Of a stretch of 64,000 nucleotides of DNA, positions 63,248-64,000 are shown one piece after another. The stretch is from an uncultured Chloroflexia bacterium (GTDB lineage: Bacteria > Chloroflexota > Anaerolineae > Anaerolineales > Anaerolineaceae), in NCBI GenBank assembly GCA_963723145.1, contig CAVRPM010000008.1:83987-147986 (forward strand). The letters are read 5' to 3'. The translations under genes were made by a program, and so were the position numbers. The notes beneath the pieces are model-generated. The model did no database searches, had not been told where the DNA came from, and saw only the letters and a program-made list of their open reading frames with translations. The first letter of the stretch is position 1. Every line of letters starts with the position of its first letter.

Positions 63248-64000
63248 TTATTTCTTTAACGGAGGAGTTGTGGCACGGATGAACGGAATCTCATAATTGC
63301 CAAACAAGCCCTGCGGTTTCAGTAGCATCATTACCAGAAGGAGGATCGGATAAACCACAAAACGCCAGGTTTCGAAACCTTCAGGCAAAACCAACCGCAG
63401 TACTCCTTCAAGGACCAGAGCCCACCCAAATGAGGCTGCCACTGTACCGGTAATGCTGCCCAGTCCTCCGAATACAACGATGATTAGCGGGTCAAAGGAT
63501 TTGATAAATGAAAATGTGTTGGGGTGCAAAAAGCCGTTAATATGTGCGTACAAACCTCCCGCCAATCCGGCAAACATACTTCCAATCACAAAAGTAATAT
63601 TTTTATAATATGCAACATTGATACCCATTGCGGTTGCCGCCGTCTCATCTTCGCGGATAGAGACAATCGCGCGGCCATAACTGGAATTGATCAGGTTGCG
63701 GATAACAACGATCGTAAAAAACAGGAAAAAGAAGACCCAAAACCATGTAGTAACTTTGGGGATGCCGATCATGCCGCGAGCGCCTTTCATTTCTTCAAAG
63801 CCAAACATTGTATCCGAGTTATCCAGTAAAACTTTTACAATGATTGTGAATCCAAGCGTTGCAATGCCAAAGTAATCTGATCCTAATGTAAAGATCGGTA
63901 AACCGAAAAGAAAACTGATTTCGGCGGCAACCATTCCGCCTAGAAGAACTGCGATCAGAAATACCAATGTCAAGGCGATATTTTCAGGGAGCGCGGACAG
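63248..64000 (-). CDS. livM: branched-chain amino acid ABC permease (starts beyond window)
   Basis: DYFGIATLGF, GRAIVSIREDE, VFGGLGS, PQGLFG. Confidence 0.9.
   Translation of the reverse strand: MSALPENIALTLVFLIAVLLGGMVAAEISFLFGLPIFTLGSDYFGIATLGFTIIVKVLLDNSDTMFGFEEMKGARGMIGIPKVTTWFWVFFFLFFTIVVIRNLINSSYGRAIVSIREDETAATAMGINVAYYKNITFVIGSMFAGLAGGLYAHINGFLHPNTFSFIKSFDPLIIVVFGGLGSITGTVAASFGWALVLEGVLRLVLPEGFETWRFVVYPILLLVMMLLKPQGLFGNYEIPFIRATTPPLKK

Overview
Bacterial chromosomal window. Gene content and style suggest an anaerobic Chloroflexota/Anaerolineae-type organism (inference). About a dozen otherwise intact genes are split by single-base frameshifts, most likely long-read assembly indels. 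From left to right: an arginine deiminase block (M20 peptidase, arcC, arcA); a MerR-like regulator with a vWA/double aspartic-protease fusion; a DeCLIC-like pentameric ligand-gated channel; an AT-rich accessory patch next to tRNA-fMet; a Wbp-type diacetamido-uronic acid sugar cluster; and a MalT/BTAD regulator. A ~25 kb divergent sugar-catabolic region follows. It has rhamnose-type ABC/mutarotase/isomerase/kinase genes on one arm, and a RuBisCO-like protein, two ThDP E1/E2 acetoin-dehydrogenase-like sets, an aldolase, a PHP protein and dehydrogenases on the other. Three copies of one operator link these arms. The right end holds a fused B12-binding/glutamate-mutase-like protein with an opine-dehydrogenase homolog beside a PanT-like ECF transporter, a P1B ATPase, a decayed arsC and liv ABC genes. 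The best candidates for undescribed biology are the RLP/E1-E2 sugar pathway and the B12 mutase/opine dehydrogenase/ECF module. All calls come from motif recognition by eye; no searches were run.
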